Below, one piece after another: positions 27,339 to 40,790 of a stretch of 64,000 nt of DNA. The notes under the pieces were generated by a model. The model was not told where the DNA came from. It saw only the letters and a program-made list of their open reading frames with translations, and searched no databases. The stretch is from Octopus bimaculoides (lineage: Eukaryota): the NCBI RefSeq assembly GCF_001194135.2, contig NC_068995.1:6182241-6246240 (forward strand), read 5' to 3'. Numbering within the stretch: position 1 is the first letter of the stretch; each line of letters starts with the position of its first letter. A program made the position numbers and the translations under genes.

Positions 27339-28375
27339 CAGAGAGAGACAGAGAGAGACAGAGAGAGATAGAGAGAGAGCAAGAAAATGGAAGAGCTACA
27401 GAGAAAGTAAGAAAATGTATGAGGAGGAAAGTTAAATATAGGGTGTGAAGAGAGTATATCTTTCTAATAAGCAACGAGTACATTTGAACAAAACGTAAGC
27501 GCCATATTTATGTTCGTGTGCATCCAGAACGAAATAGAGGATGGACTTCATTAAAGAGACAGAGGGAGAAAAGACAGAGATTGAGAAAGAGAGAGAAAGA
27601 GCGAGAAAGAGAGAGAGAGAGAGTAATAATTATTTGAATAAAATATTTAATAAATAATATAACGAAAACAATTACTTACCAAAGAATGGTTTGACAAATT
27701 GAAATCTGCAAAAGAAATGTAAGTTTATACAATGTTTAAATTCATGATTAATTTTCGAATCGTAGAAAGTCAGAGATATATAAAATATATTTTATATTGC
27801 TTGCAAGATTATTGCTGTCTTACTCACGGTAATAATTGCCTCACCAAAAGTTATTGCTGCCTGGATTTCTTGTTTTTGACGGAGCTGATTGGAAAGAACG
27901 TCTAATAGGATTTGATATAGTTGATGAAATTTGTGAAATAGCAGCTACTACTGAGCCAAGTGTCGGGGTTTCGAAACCCAAATCAATGTTGTCTGTCACT
28001 TCAACTAAAGAGCTTCAACATTTATTTCCGGGAAGGAATAACAAAAATTTGGCGCTCCGTATAATAGAAACAACATCCAAAAGTACCTCAAATCACAAAC
28101 TACCGTCTGTGGATTAGAGAATGTGATCCAAGGTTTGAAAGACGTATGAAAAGGATGGGGTAGTCATGGGTAAACGGCTTTTGATCATACACTCTGAGCA
28201 ATCGGGGAGCGGCGGGTCAGGAATAAAGCAACAACGATTCTTACCAGTGAAACCTCGTTTCGTCAACAAAGTTGCTTGAAAGTAGTTGTTTCGCTCGAGG
28301 TAAATCCTGGAAAACAAGACCGAAGGTCAAAGGTGATACAGCCAAGAAGACAGATAGATAGGTAGATTGATAGAT

Positions 28376-28452
<77 letters not shown>

Positions 28453-28596
28453 TGTGCAGAAAAGAGAGTTAATGCGAGAATTTAAGCTATCAATATAATG
28501 CCTTACTACTGTCTTTATGTGAATAGGTACTGGAGTTCTGGTATCAGGCAGTAGCTATTTGTGTCACACAAACGTAGTTACGTATTCTTCACATAG

Positions 28597-28653
28597 AAGA
28601 CTTCCCGTACTTTGGGAATATCCAAAGAATGACCAGAACAATATAATCAGCGG
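28597..28653 (+). CDS. Candidate 57-nt symmetric exon (xRLPVLWEYPKNDQNNIISG)
   Basis: Acceptor cgtattcttcacatag| and donor GG|gtcagt. Only the phase-2 frame is open, which is compatible with the exon at 20288-20362. Confidence 0.25.
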
Positions 28654-29123
28654 GTCAGTGTTTAGAAGATTGTGGAGATTTCACCATTCTACATAGAATA
28701 TATCTGAATATTTGAACAAATGAAAGAATTGTATTTATATAATCCCTTCCTTTTGCGACAATCCTTTTATAGGAGTGAGAGCGATAGAGAGAGGATATCT
28801 TAAAGAGCGGAATAAAAGAATAATAGAATTTGTAGAATATCATTCTGAGTGTAAAGTGATCGAAATACATTAAAATGTAGAATAGAGGAATAAAATGTTC
28901 GATACCACAAAAGGAAAATGTATATTCCATTAGAATGAAATAAAGTAATCCTTATAGAAACAGAGAATAAAATCTGGAATCCGATAGAGCTGGACGCCTA
29001 CGCCGTCAACAAGAGTTATACTATAGGTAATTGCCGAAAATTGAAGAAGAATCTGGTTCGAAATACCAGGAAAACCGCATCTCAAAACCGCACAGGAACT
29101 CAAAAGTACAATTTTCACCGACG

Positions 29124-29342
29124 TAACAAGAGTGCTGCAAAGTTCATGGCTTTGGGTAAAAGAAAATGTAGGAGGATCACTTAATTGTAATTTTACTCAC
29201 CATATTCTCGTCTCAGATTCACACACTAATTGTAGCGGCCATTCAATTTTCTACGCCCAGTAAAGTACTCGGAAGTTTGGGCCTCCAAACAGGCCTTTCG
29301 CGATAACCTTAAAACCAGGATCTTTTGAACACCCCTTCGCAT
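29124..29342 (-). mobile_element. Non-autonomous mariner derivative (MITE)
   Basis: Reverse-complement copy of 32714-32934. The ends gagtgctgcaaagttcatggct and aaccaggatcttttgaacacccc are imperfect inverted repeats. Confidence 0.7.
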
Positions 29343-30365
29343 GATTGCGATAATTTTACCGAATATATTCTATGCCTCAATAATTCTGTCTCATCTCTAA
29401 ACATTGGAGAATGAAGTTTTCTACCGCTGCCATCTTTAAAATTTTCCGCAACCCTCCTTACAGCCACTAGTGTACATTTTTTTCCAATTTTAATCTTTAC
29501 TTGAACTCTGGATACCAGACAATTAAGATAAAACACACATCGTCCGATCAGGAGAGTCTCACAAGCGATTACCCTTCCTTTTCCTCCTTTAGATATGATT
29601 CTACGATAACGTTTCCCAATAGAATTACTAAATCATGCAGCACGATTTTCTATGCTCTCCAGATCAAATTGTGACCCGAAATTTAAATTCAGCACAGCGA
29701 GTCTCTCAGTAAATTACCCCCTCACTACCCAGTGGGTTTACTCACTCAAAAAGAACAACCTGTTTTGTAATGCTCATAAATATTTAGAACCCTTCTTCCG
29801 TACAACCCACTGGTGTTTCAATATATAAGTACGGGCTCTTATGCACTGATGTATTCGTGATATTTACTTATTGCATATTCAAAAGTATTTATCTAGATGA
29901 CAAATATTTTTGCATACGGTGCATTTTTATATTATTGTTCTCTGGTATATATGTGAATATGCATATGTTCATAGATTTTTGTTCCAGTATGTATACATGT
30001 GTTAAATGCTTGGAAAAGAAAACAAATGTCAACGAATGTTGCAAAAGATATTGTACGAATCTACATAAGTAGGTTTATACAATAAACAATAAGTTTATTG
30101 TATAAACCTGCGTACTTGGAAGGTTTATTCATTTCTCCGAACTCTCCATTTTCTTGCTGCACATTTTGTTTATATGCTATTTGGCAAGGGTAGGTTTTCC
30201 CGAAATATAATTGAGATACTAAATGATACAAGGGTATATGTTCTTCCTCCTTTCAGCCGAATGTGTTCATTCATGCTGTATACGCTGTTTTCCGTGCTTA
30301 GGGAACCGATTATAAAGAAGAAACAGCAAAATAACAGACTAAGGGACCAAATTAGAGATAGCTGT

Positions 30366-30430
<65 letters not shown>

Positions 30431-30613
30431 CAGCCTCTGTTCTATAACGTCGCAGATAGCGTTCAAACGTACTACTTAATGATGTGTAGAAGAGAGGGAA
30501 TCACAAAAGGTGATGCAATATATTAGTGATTGAAATTATTAAATTTTATTTTTTAAGAAATCCAATATTACATGGAAACACATACACACACACGCACAAA
30601 AACACATACATGT

Positions 30614-30656
<43 letters not shown>

Positions 30657-31061
30657 NNNNNNNNNNNNNNNNNNNNNNNNNNNNNNNNNNNNNNNNNNNN
30701 NNNNNNNNNNNNNNNNNNNNNNNNNNNNNNNNNNNNNNNNNNNNNNNNNNNNNNNNNNNNNNNNNNNNNNNNNNNNNNNNNNNNNNNNNNNNNNNNNNNN
30801 NNNNNNNNNNNNNNNNNNNNNNNNNNNNNNNNNNNNNNNNNNNNNNNNNNNNNNNNNNNNNNNNNNNNNNNNNNNNNNNNNNNNNNNNNNNNNNNNNNNN
30901 NNNNNNNNNNNNNNNNNNNNNNNNNNNNNNNNNNNNNNNNNNNNNNNNNNNNNNNNNNNNNNNNNNNNNNNNNNNNNNTTTTCTTTTTATGAAGCATATA
31001 TTTTAATTATTGCTAATTTTGTTGGCACAACCACAGCTGCTGCTATTATCATTATTATTAG

Positions 31062-31140
<79 letters not shown>

Positions 31141-31631
31141 ATTATTATCATCATTATTATTATACCATTCGAGTGTAATGATTAATGGCATTATGATTTA
31201 TAGTTTAGAAACACTGATGGGCGCGCGAGTGTATATATCTGAGTGTGCAAAGCATCCATATGTGCCTATGAGCTGCGGTGTTTGTAATTCTATATATGTC
31301 AGTAATATTGTTTCATTCTCTTTCTCGCATCACTCAGAAATAAATCTGTTTTTACACTCACACGCGCGCAAACGTACATAAATACATCCATAACTATACA
31401 TACAGTTTTACGTACATACAGAAACAAATAGGCTCACACGAACACACGCACAGAATATATTCTTCTACTAGTTCCATATCGAGGGCTTTGACCATGCGCA
31501 AGCACCGCCTATGCAATTAGTACTACCCAGATTTGTGTTTCATTCTGTGACATTGGGTCGCCTGGCAACGCCAATAAAAATCATAGCTAATCTGCGTGCT
31601 TATTCAAGACATTTCCATCCCCTCTCTCTCA

Positions 31632-31669
<38 letters not shown>

Positions 31670-31979
31670 CAATACACACACACACACACACATACACACA
31701 CATATANNNNNNNNNNNNNNNNNNNNNNNNNNNNNNNNNNNNNNNNNNNNNNNNNNNNNNNTATATATATATATATATATGTGTGTGTCGCTGTGGGGCG
31801 GTTATTTAACATGTCAGTGTATGAAAAATGTTCCCTTGCAGCTTAGGGTTTTTAACTACACACACACACATACACACACTTCGCTTTTGCTTCTGGTTTG
31901 CGAGATTCTTTATGTAAATTCATGTTTTGATACAAATTGTGTCTACATATATCTATCTATATGTGTGTATGCGCGCCTG

Positions 31980-32034
<55 letters not shown>

Positions 32035-32035
32035 G

Positions 32036-32123
<88 letters not shown>

Positions 32124-32713
32124 CGTGTGTGTGTGTACGCTTATATATATATACTTATACGGCGTCCATACTTAGCAATGCATGTTATAGCGTAAATTCC
32201 TGGCTGCTCACTTAACACATGCGTGAACATATATCACATAGATAGAGAGATATAGAGCGATAGATCCTCAAAGTAAAACTAAAAGGAAGACAAGAGCAAT
32301 GGTTTAGTTCGTCATGTGATTATTTTAATGGGGCGCGATTCGAAATTGTTAGGCATGACGTTTTGAATAATTGTACTTCATCACAATACAGAGAGCAAAT
32401 GAAGGGAGAGGATGAAAAACGATGAGAAAATGTCTCAGAAATTCAATTGTTCATGTTCGCTGATTGAACGCTAATATAACGAAGATACGTGGAACATGAA
32501 ATGGTGTCACTTGGCTAGGCTGTTTTCTTTTCACCCGGAGTCTTTAAGTTAGTCTATCAACAGGATGTCCCACAACATGTTCAGACTCTTGCGGTTGCAA
32601 TTTTCGAATTAATTACTTAGCTTTGAGCGAAGACAATTATATTGATGAATACATCGATAGATCAATATGTAGATCAATGTATATGTGGTTGTCTATCTCT
32701 CTTAGTCTGTATA

Positions 32714-32934
32714 TACGATAGGAGTGCAGAAAAGGTCCTGGTTTAAGGGCATCATGTACGGCTTGCCTGGTTACCCAACCTTTCGGGATCTTTTACGGGA
32801 CTTTGAAAAACTAAACGACCGCTGCAATAAATGTGTGAATCAAAGAGACAAATATATTGAATAAAATCACATTTAAGTGATTTTCCTGTAATTTCTTTCC
32901 CCAAAAGCCAGGAACTTTTCAACCCGACCGCGTT
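32714..32934 (+). mobile_element. Non-autonomous mariner derivative (MITE)
   Basis: TA|cgataggagtgcagaaaaggtcctgg ... ccaggaacttttcaacccgaccgcg form TIRs. The interior encodes DFEKLNDRCNKCVNQRDKYIE*, resembling a mariner transposase C-terminus (GIEKLxxRWxKCxxxxGxYxE*). Confidence 0.75.
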
Positions 32935-33268
32935 TGTAAGTATATTGCAGTCAAGTGAGTGATAAGAATAGAAATTAAATAAAACACTCGTTATTAAATA
33001 AACTGACTGCAATTACTTGGTGCCATAATTGAAAATAAACATTACAGTTTAGTATACGACAGTTCACTGAACATATATACTTATTGTGGTATATGTTGCG
33101 CATTGAAGAACCATGTTTATGGTTAGTCATATCTCAGTCGCTCTTGTTCACGATCCACCTAAGAAGGGCACCGACATATTTGGACAAAATGCGAAGTTTG
33201 TACTTCTCATGAATCACAAACACAGAGATAGATAGATAAATAGATAGATAGATAGATAGATACATACA

Positions 33269-33304
<36 letters not shown>

Positions 33305-33375
33305 TATAGATTCACAACAGACATTTACATGACTGAGTATGTTTGTGTATGTGTGTATATATATATATATATATA

Positions 33376-33438
<63 letters not shown>

Positions 33439-33600
33439 ATATATACATATATATATACATATATATGTATATGTATAAATGTATATATGTATATATATAC
33501 ATACATACATACGTACATGCGTACCTACATGCATACATACATACATACATACCTAAAGACACAGGCCCAGAAAGATACGCATGTATGTGTATGGAAGGAC

Positions 33601-33664
<64 letters not shown>

Positions 33665-34380
33665 TGATAGATAGATAGATAGATAAACAGGGAGACAGAC
33701 AGAAAGACAGACTGACATATAGACAAACAACTGTACACAAAGATAGACATACATGCAGATGGCTAGATGGCTTAATTACAGTTGTAATGGGCATTAAAAA
33801 TGAAAATGAAACGAAAATATCTGCAGAACTTCAACAGTGTGTGGAATCGCCAGAGTGTGCGTCGAGTATTTGCTTAATTCAATACTTCTCTCAAATATCT
33901 AATTATATTTACATAATATCCTGGAAATATCAATTCGATATTTATGTAAATATATACACACAGAATGTTGTTGATATATCGAGTTTTCATTATATGTCGC
34001 CATGTGGACGTCCATACATACGTATATACATATACATACATATATGCATACATACATACATACATACACAAATACACACAAACTGATATATATATATTCA
34101 TATATGAATGCATATATATATATATATGTATAGATACACAAGTATACATATACAGGCATACATATACATTCATAAGAATATATATGCATACATTATGTTT
34201 GCAAATTCATATACACATTCATACATCATTTATAAGTACATTTACAAAATAAAAACATGGATACAAACATACACACACACATACACACGCGCACGTGCAC
34301 TGACACATCAGTTGCTGTTTTGCTGTACGTATATATATATATATATATATAGATATATAGATATATATATATATATACAT

Positions 34381-34753
34381 TCTTTTATTCTTTTACTTGT
34401 TTCAATCGTTTCACTGCTGTCATGCTGGAGCACCGCCTTTAGTCGAACAAATCGACCCCGGACTTATTATTTTGTAAGCGTAGTACTAAATCTACCGCTC
34501 TGTTTGCCGAACTGCTCATTTACGGGTTCGAACACACACCAGCATCCGTTGTCAAGCGATGATGGGTGGGGGTACAAACAGGCACACAAGCATGCACACA
34601 CACATACATATNNNNNNNNNNNNNNNNNNNNNNNNNNNNNNNNNNNNNNNNNNNNNNNNNNNNNNNNNNNNNNNNNNNNNNNNNNNNNNNNNNNNNNNNN
34701 NNNNNNNNNNNNNNNNNNNNNNNNNNNNNNNNNTATATATATATATGTGCGTT

Positions 34754-34810
<57 letters not shown>

Positions 34811-34957
34811 TCAACGGGCTTCTTTTAGTTTCCGCCTACCAAATCCAGTCACAGGGTTTTGGTCAGCCCGGGGCTATAGTAGAAGACACTTGTGGGACTG
34901 AACCCGGAACTATGTGGTGTGTAATCAAGCTACTTACGTCACAGCTATTCCTGCGCC
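34381..34957 (-). mobile_element. Near full-length tRNA-derived SINE type 2 with internal (TA)/(TG) microsatellite
   Basis: Minus strand: head ggcgcaggaatagctgtgacgtaag...ccgggttcagtcccac, then ggatttggtaggcggaaactaaaagaagcccg, a microsatellite with a gap, then cgcttgacaacggatgctgg...ctaaaggcggtgctccagcatgacagcag and a gtaaaagaataaaaga tail. The architecture matches 59206-59602. Confidence 0.85.
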
Positions 34958-35094
34958 TATGCGTAGATGTAGGTGACATATGCATGTTGATTAAAGTTGT
35001 ATACGTTCTCTTAAGGATCTACACTTAACTTTGCCATGTGCTCATACGTCTATATATATTTATATAAGTAAGCGCAGTGTATGTAGCCAAATAA

Positions 35095-35410
35095 ACAGGC
35101 TGTTCACTTCGCAACAACGAGGTCCCGGTTTCAATCGCTCTGTACGTCATTTTGGGGCAAATGTTTTCTATTTCCTTGAGTCAACCAATAATTTCTGAGC
35201 GCGCGCACATGGGTTGACAGCATCTGTACAGAAGTGCTTCATATACTCTTGTGTGCGGCATACCTGTACTTCAATAGTTACACTCTGTTGCACACACATA
35301 TACACTGTTCTGCGCTGAATCTGCAGGATAGTTACGCTAAGTATCCACGTGTTTGTGGATACACGTTAATTCTGGAGGAAATATAGTGGATCCGCGAACG
35401 ACGGGAGTTA
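35095..35410 (+). mobile_element. Old SINE copy (degenerate head plus body shared with 10960-11180)
   Basis: Head-like gaggtcccggtttcaatc...ggggcaaatgttttcta, followed later by gctgaatctgcaggatagttacgctaag...cacgtgtttgtgga. Confidence 0.5.
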
Positions 35411-36061
35411 CAATCAATTGATATGCATGCGTGTATATTTACATTTCTAATAGTATACATGTGTATATTTGTATTTGTCTCGTATATATTTCTCTCACCG
35501 TAATTCATCTATCGCTCTCGTTGACCGCTGCTGAGACGAATTTTTGTCTTCCTGTGATATTTATCGATTCCAACATAGCACGCAAGTGAACATGTACAAG
35601 TTTAATCAACATGCATATGTCACCTACATATACGCACACATGTATGTGTGTGTTGAGGGGTGCGTGTGTATCTATGTATGATTTCTCTGGAATTTGAATT
35701 CTTCCAAATCATTGAGATCTTTGCTAAAAGATATACTTCGAAATATTCATGTAAATAACTATAACTAATATTAACCTATGGACGTTTCATATTTAATTAT
35801 TCATGTTTGATCTTGACAGTGGATGAATCTGAAATGGAGAGCTCTGGCTAGAAGGGGCCGTATTGGATTTTTCACGAATATTAGACTAGCTTCTCTATCT
35901 TCCACTGGATTTAATACATGAAAAAGGTGTCAACGTGTATAAACGCCATGCTGATCCCTTTATCACCTGTTTAATAATGGTGAAATATGTAATATAATTC
36001 TATGTAAACACCTGCACTAAGAACATAGACGCTGATGTCGATGAAATATAAACATATATAT

Positions 36062-36095
<34 letters not shown>

Positions 36096-36126
<31 letters not shown>

Positions 36127-36298
36127 GTTCAACGTCCGCTTTCCATGCTAGCATGGGTTGGACGATTTGACTGAGGACTGGTGAACCAGATGGCTACACC
36201 AGGCTCCAATCTGATTTGGAAAGGTTTCCACAGCTGGATGCCCTTCCTAACGCCAACCACTCCGAGAGTGTAGTTGGTGCTTTTACTTGCCACCGGCC
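36096..36298 (-). mobile_element. SINE/RTE-related 3' half with (GAT)n tail
   Basis: Minus strand reads gttggcgttaggaagggcatccagctgtggaaac...gcatggaaagcggacgttgaacgatgatgatg. The aggaagggcatcc segment resembles the RTE 5'-UTR-derived (Ceph-like) SINE domain, recognised from memory. Confidence 0.65.
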
Positions 36299-36389
36299 AT
36301 ATGTATATATATATGTATATTTTTATATGTATATATATATATATTTATATATATATGTGTGTATGTATGTATGTATGTATGTATGTATG

Positions 36390-36434
<45 letters not shown>

Positions 36435-36822
36435 CCAATGTGTTTAGACAGTGTGTTATTTTAATATATCCCCCTTCGGGCACATTTCAATTCTTGTTTT
36501 TCTTCCTCTTTCTGCCTTATATCATCTTTACTACATTCCCCCCTCTCTCTCTCTCTCTCTTTCTCTTTCCTCCTGTCTCCATTTTCGTCTCTCCGTTTCT
36601 GTCTCCTTAGTTCACCATAATGTCTCACGTAATGTTTCTCCCTCCTTCACTCATTGACCGTCATTTTACTCTCTTCCAATCTCTGGATGTCTCTATTCCA
36701 TTTCCCAATTATTCTTTCTCCTCTCCCCAACGTATCTCTCTCTTAATTTCACCAATTCTTATATCTTCTCCATCAACTTTCTTTCACCCTGTCCGCTTCT
36801 TTTTTTTTTCTCTTATCAAACA

Positions 36823-36868
<46 letters not shown>

Positions 36869-37560
36869 AATATGCCTGTCTCTGACCAACTTTCTCGTTA
36901 ATCCGCTTACACATCCATACACACAGAGGAATACACACATCACTTCCGCCGCCACCACCACCATCACCATCGCCAACACCACCACCACCTCCACCACCAC
37001 CATCATCACCGCCAGTAACTCATTATTTTCCTCGACCATTCTATCTCGTTTCCCAATTGCCATCATAACACCTATAACCAATCGATACTCACTGATCAGC
37101 GGAAACATTTCATGACCATCTATGGACAATAAACACAACAACGACAACATCAACAACAATAGCAAGAATTACAATATCAATGTTAATATTATCAAAGGAA
37201 GGCTTTATATTCCGACATCAATTTACGATAGATCATAGCAAATTAAGATCTCTCTGATATGACACAGTTCGCCATCATAATAGTATTGTCCCTTTGAGAA
37301 TTTAACATTCACTCGTCCTCTTCCCCTGACTCGAGCAATGTATTTATCATACTCTTTCACCTTTTCTTTATGTCTCCCTTTCTCTTTGTTTATATGTGTG
37401 TGTCTCTACAAACACACAACCACACACGCACATATATACACCCTAACATATATACATATATATAGATATACTTACACACTCACACATATATATATATATA
37501 CATATACACACATGTACACATGCATATATTTGTTGTGTATATATATATAAACACATATAT

Positions 37561-37621
<61 letters not shown>

Positions 37622-38244
37622 NNNNNNNNNNNNNNNNNNNNNNNNNNNNNNNNNNNNNNNNNNNNNNNNNNNNNNNNNNNNNNNNNNNNNNNNNNNNNNN
37701 NNNNNNNNNNNNNNNNNNNNNNNNNNNNNNNNNNNNNNNNNNNNNNNNNNNNNNNNNNNNNNNNNNNNNNNNNNNNNNNNNNNNNNNNNNNNNNNNNNNN
37801 NNNNNNNNNNNNNNNNNNNNNNNNNNNNNNNNNNNNNNNNNNNNNNNNNNNNNNNNNNNNNNNNNNNNNNNNNNNNNNNNNNNNNNNNNNNNNNNNNNNN
37901 NNNNNNNNNNNNNNNNNNNNNNNNNNNNNNNNNNNNNNNNNNNNNNNNNNNNNNNNNNNNNNNNNNNNNNNNNNNNNNNNNNNNNNNNNNNNNNNNNNNN
38001 NNNNNNNNNNNNNNNNNNNNNNNNNNNNNNNNNNNNNNNNNNNNNNNNNNNNNNNNNNNNNNNNNNNNNNNNNNNNNNNNNNNNNNNNNNNNNNNNNNNN
38101 NNNNNNNNNNNNNNNNNNNNNNNNNNNNNNNNNNNNNNNNNNNNNNNNNNNNNNNNNNATATATATGAAACAATTCCATTTTGGCACGGTTTCCCTCGAC
38201 GCAGTGCAAACTGTAAATTATTGAGTGTAAATATTGGAAAATCT

Positions 38245-38550
38245 GTTGTGTTCTTGAGCAAGATACTCTATTTCACGTTGCTCCAGTTCACTCATCTGTA
38301 GAAATGATTTGCGACATCACTGGTGCCAAGCGGAAAAACGAAAGCGGAAAACACCCAGATGTGTATATGCTTGATTATCGGTGTTGGTTTGTTTACTTCT
38401 ACATAACTTATCGGTTTGGTAAAAGTGACCGATTAGCCTAAGTGCCAAACTTAAAAAATGAATACTGACGTCCATTTGTCCGAGTAAATGTTTTTGAAGG
38501 TGTTGTCTTCGAATAGCCGCAGTCCGGTGACTGCAATAAACAAAAGATAA
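38245..38550 (+). mobile_element. Composite SINE (type 3 5' segment plus type 2 body and tail)
   Basis: 38245-38330 matches 57970-58060 (gttcttgagcaagatac...gcgacatcactggtgccaagc). 38368-38550 matches the body and tail of 59508-59602 and 34381-34560. Confidence 0.65.
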
Positions 38551-38564
38551 ACCCCCTACACGTA

Positions 38565-38600
38565 AGGGTTAGGGTTAGGGTTAGGGTTAGGGTTAGGGTT
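38565..38600 (+). repeat. Interstitial telomeric repeat (TTAGGG)n
   Basis: Six perfect AGGGTT units. Confidence 0.95.
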
Positions 38601-39914
38601 ATAAACCGACTAACAGGTTAGGTACGTCTGACTTCCTGAGGTGGTTTCTGCTTCCTCCCTACACGGTTTACCCAAAGCATTCATGTACTTCTCCAGTCCA
38701 TTTATTGATACATTCCTCGATAGATACTTCCTTAACTTTCACGGTTTCCAAGATAAGCTGGTCAATAATCCGATTTTAGTACTATCAGTTTCGCCTACAA
38801 CCGTGATTAGTTGACCGAAGAGTGCCTGAACAGTTCAAGGGGATTACCGTTTTACTGAAAGAATTTGTGAAGCCTGTCTATTCTTTCACCATTTAAGGAT
38901 GGGAAGCTCCGAAATACCTCACACACTTAGATATGGATCTCTGTGTGTGAATATATGAGCGTATGTGATCTCAGAAAACATCTGCAACGAAACAGCCACC
39001 AAACATATTAAATATATATAAGAAAGAACAAAGACCATATTAGAAAAAAAAGACAACAATTTATATATATATATATATATATCCCACTCTACAGGGAGTT
39101 CTGAATCAGTTTTGAATACACGTGTGTGTCCATGCAAGCAGATAATCACATACACACGCACGCACTCCCTCAAGCATTCATATGTGTGTGTGTGTGTGTA
39201 TGTATGTACGTATGTGTGTATGTAGGTATATCAGACCGACAGATTTTTGCTTAATTAGAGAACATGATGTTTATATATATATATATATACATGCAAACAC
39301 AGACGCTCACGCACCCCACCCCCACACACACATACACACAAACATAAACATTCGCATATGCATACAGACGTAGAGGGGAACTGCAGACGCCCATCTATGC
39401 CCATACACACACACACATACATACACACACAAATCTCCCCCCCCCACACACACACACTCAGACTCACATATGTACAATCACGCATCTCTTTATTATTTGG
39501 GATCCGTTTCAAAACTGTTTAATAAATGTGCACTTAAACTAGTGTAAAAGAATCAATACATATGACTCCCACTGCGATGTAGTGCAAATGTTCAGCATCT
39601 CTTAATTTCCTCACAAGACTCGTGTTTCACCTCTATTCATCTGATCAATTGATTGATTTCCAGTTTGTCTGTTTGTTGCTTTTCTTTTCACTCCACCCTT
39701 TAAGGAATATTTTCTTTTCCATAGCTTTTATTGTTTTTATTCTATTCATTTATATATCTATTCCTTCCCCCATCTTCCTCCGCCCTTCCCCGTCTCTGTT
39801 AGTCCCTTTTCTTTTCGCCATTTCTATCTCCCAATATTCGCTTTTATCTAGGAATATCTGCTGAATACTGCTTTGTACTGAATTCCTAGTGCTTCAGACC
39901 ATTGAGTGCACACG

Positions 39915-39956
<42 letters not shown>

Positions 39957-40679
39957 CACACACACACACACACTAAGACCCACACGCGCATACACATATA
40001 TCCTCGTGCGTCAATGTATGTACATGTATACATACACAAATGTTATATATGTGCATGTATACATTTTATAAACGTATAAATATAAATACGCATATGTGTA
40101 TATATTCATATATAAATGCGAGTTTATAAATGTGTATATGTATATATTCGTATATTCATGAGGGTGCGTAAATATATATATACGCTGAGGACTTACCTCC
40201 CTTTGTCAGTCATTTAAGAGAGTGCGTCTGTGGTTTTGATTTAGCTAAACTCTTATATTTAGTAACAGCGGTGCAAGTCTATACCCCCTGTTACTTTTGT
40301 GGCCTTTATTAGATGGTCTTTACGTTCTAATTGCTATTAAGCCAAACTTTGTAATTTGGTACATATATATATATATATANNNNNNNNNNNNNNNNNNNNN
40401 NNNNNNNNNNNNNNNNNNNNNNNNNNNNNNNNNNNNNNNNNNNNNNNNNNNNNNNNNNNNNNNNNNNNNCACATCTTGTGTCTAGCATTGGTTGTCCACG
40501 TTGGTGGTCGACGTTATTTTTTAAAATGTACCTTAATCCCCTGAGATTGCAGATAATATTTCTGAATCTCTTTGATTCTTTAAATGTGCTGGCCCCCTGA
40601 TAATTAGTCGATATTAATTAATATATTAATATATGACTAATTACCAGATCTTCTATATACACATGTTGAAGTATTCAGC

Positions 40680-40790
40680 ACATGATCGTAACGTCATGAT
40701 TTCAATTCCAGGCGATGCGTTGTGTCCTTGCGTAAGATACATTATTTCACGTTGCTCTAGTTCAATAGGCTGGCAAAAATGACCGAACCC
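40680..40790 (+). mobile_element. SINE type 3 head fragment
   Basis: gatttcaattccagg...gttgtgtccttgcgtaagatac...tcacgttgctctagt matches 57945-58010. Confidence 0.55.

Noticed and set aside
28900-29700. Tc1 transposase relic (RKLKKNLVRNTRKTASQ, SPD motif)
   Set aside because: Motif spacing is wrong, and the central part is explained by the mariner MITE at 29124-29342.
30259-30365. Exon after a strong acceptor (gttcttcctcctttcag)
   Set aside because: No convincing donor before the (GATA)n tract.
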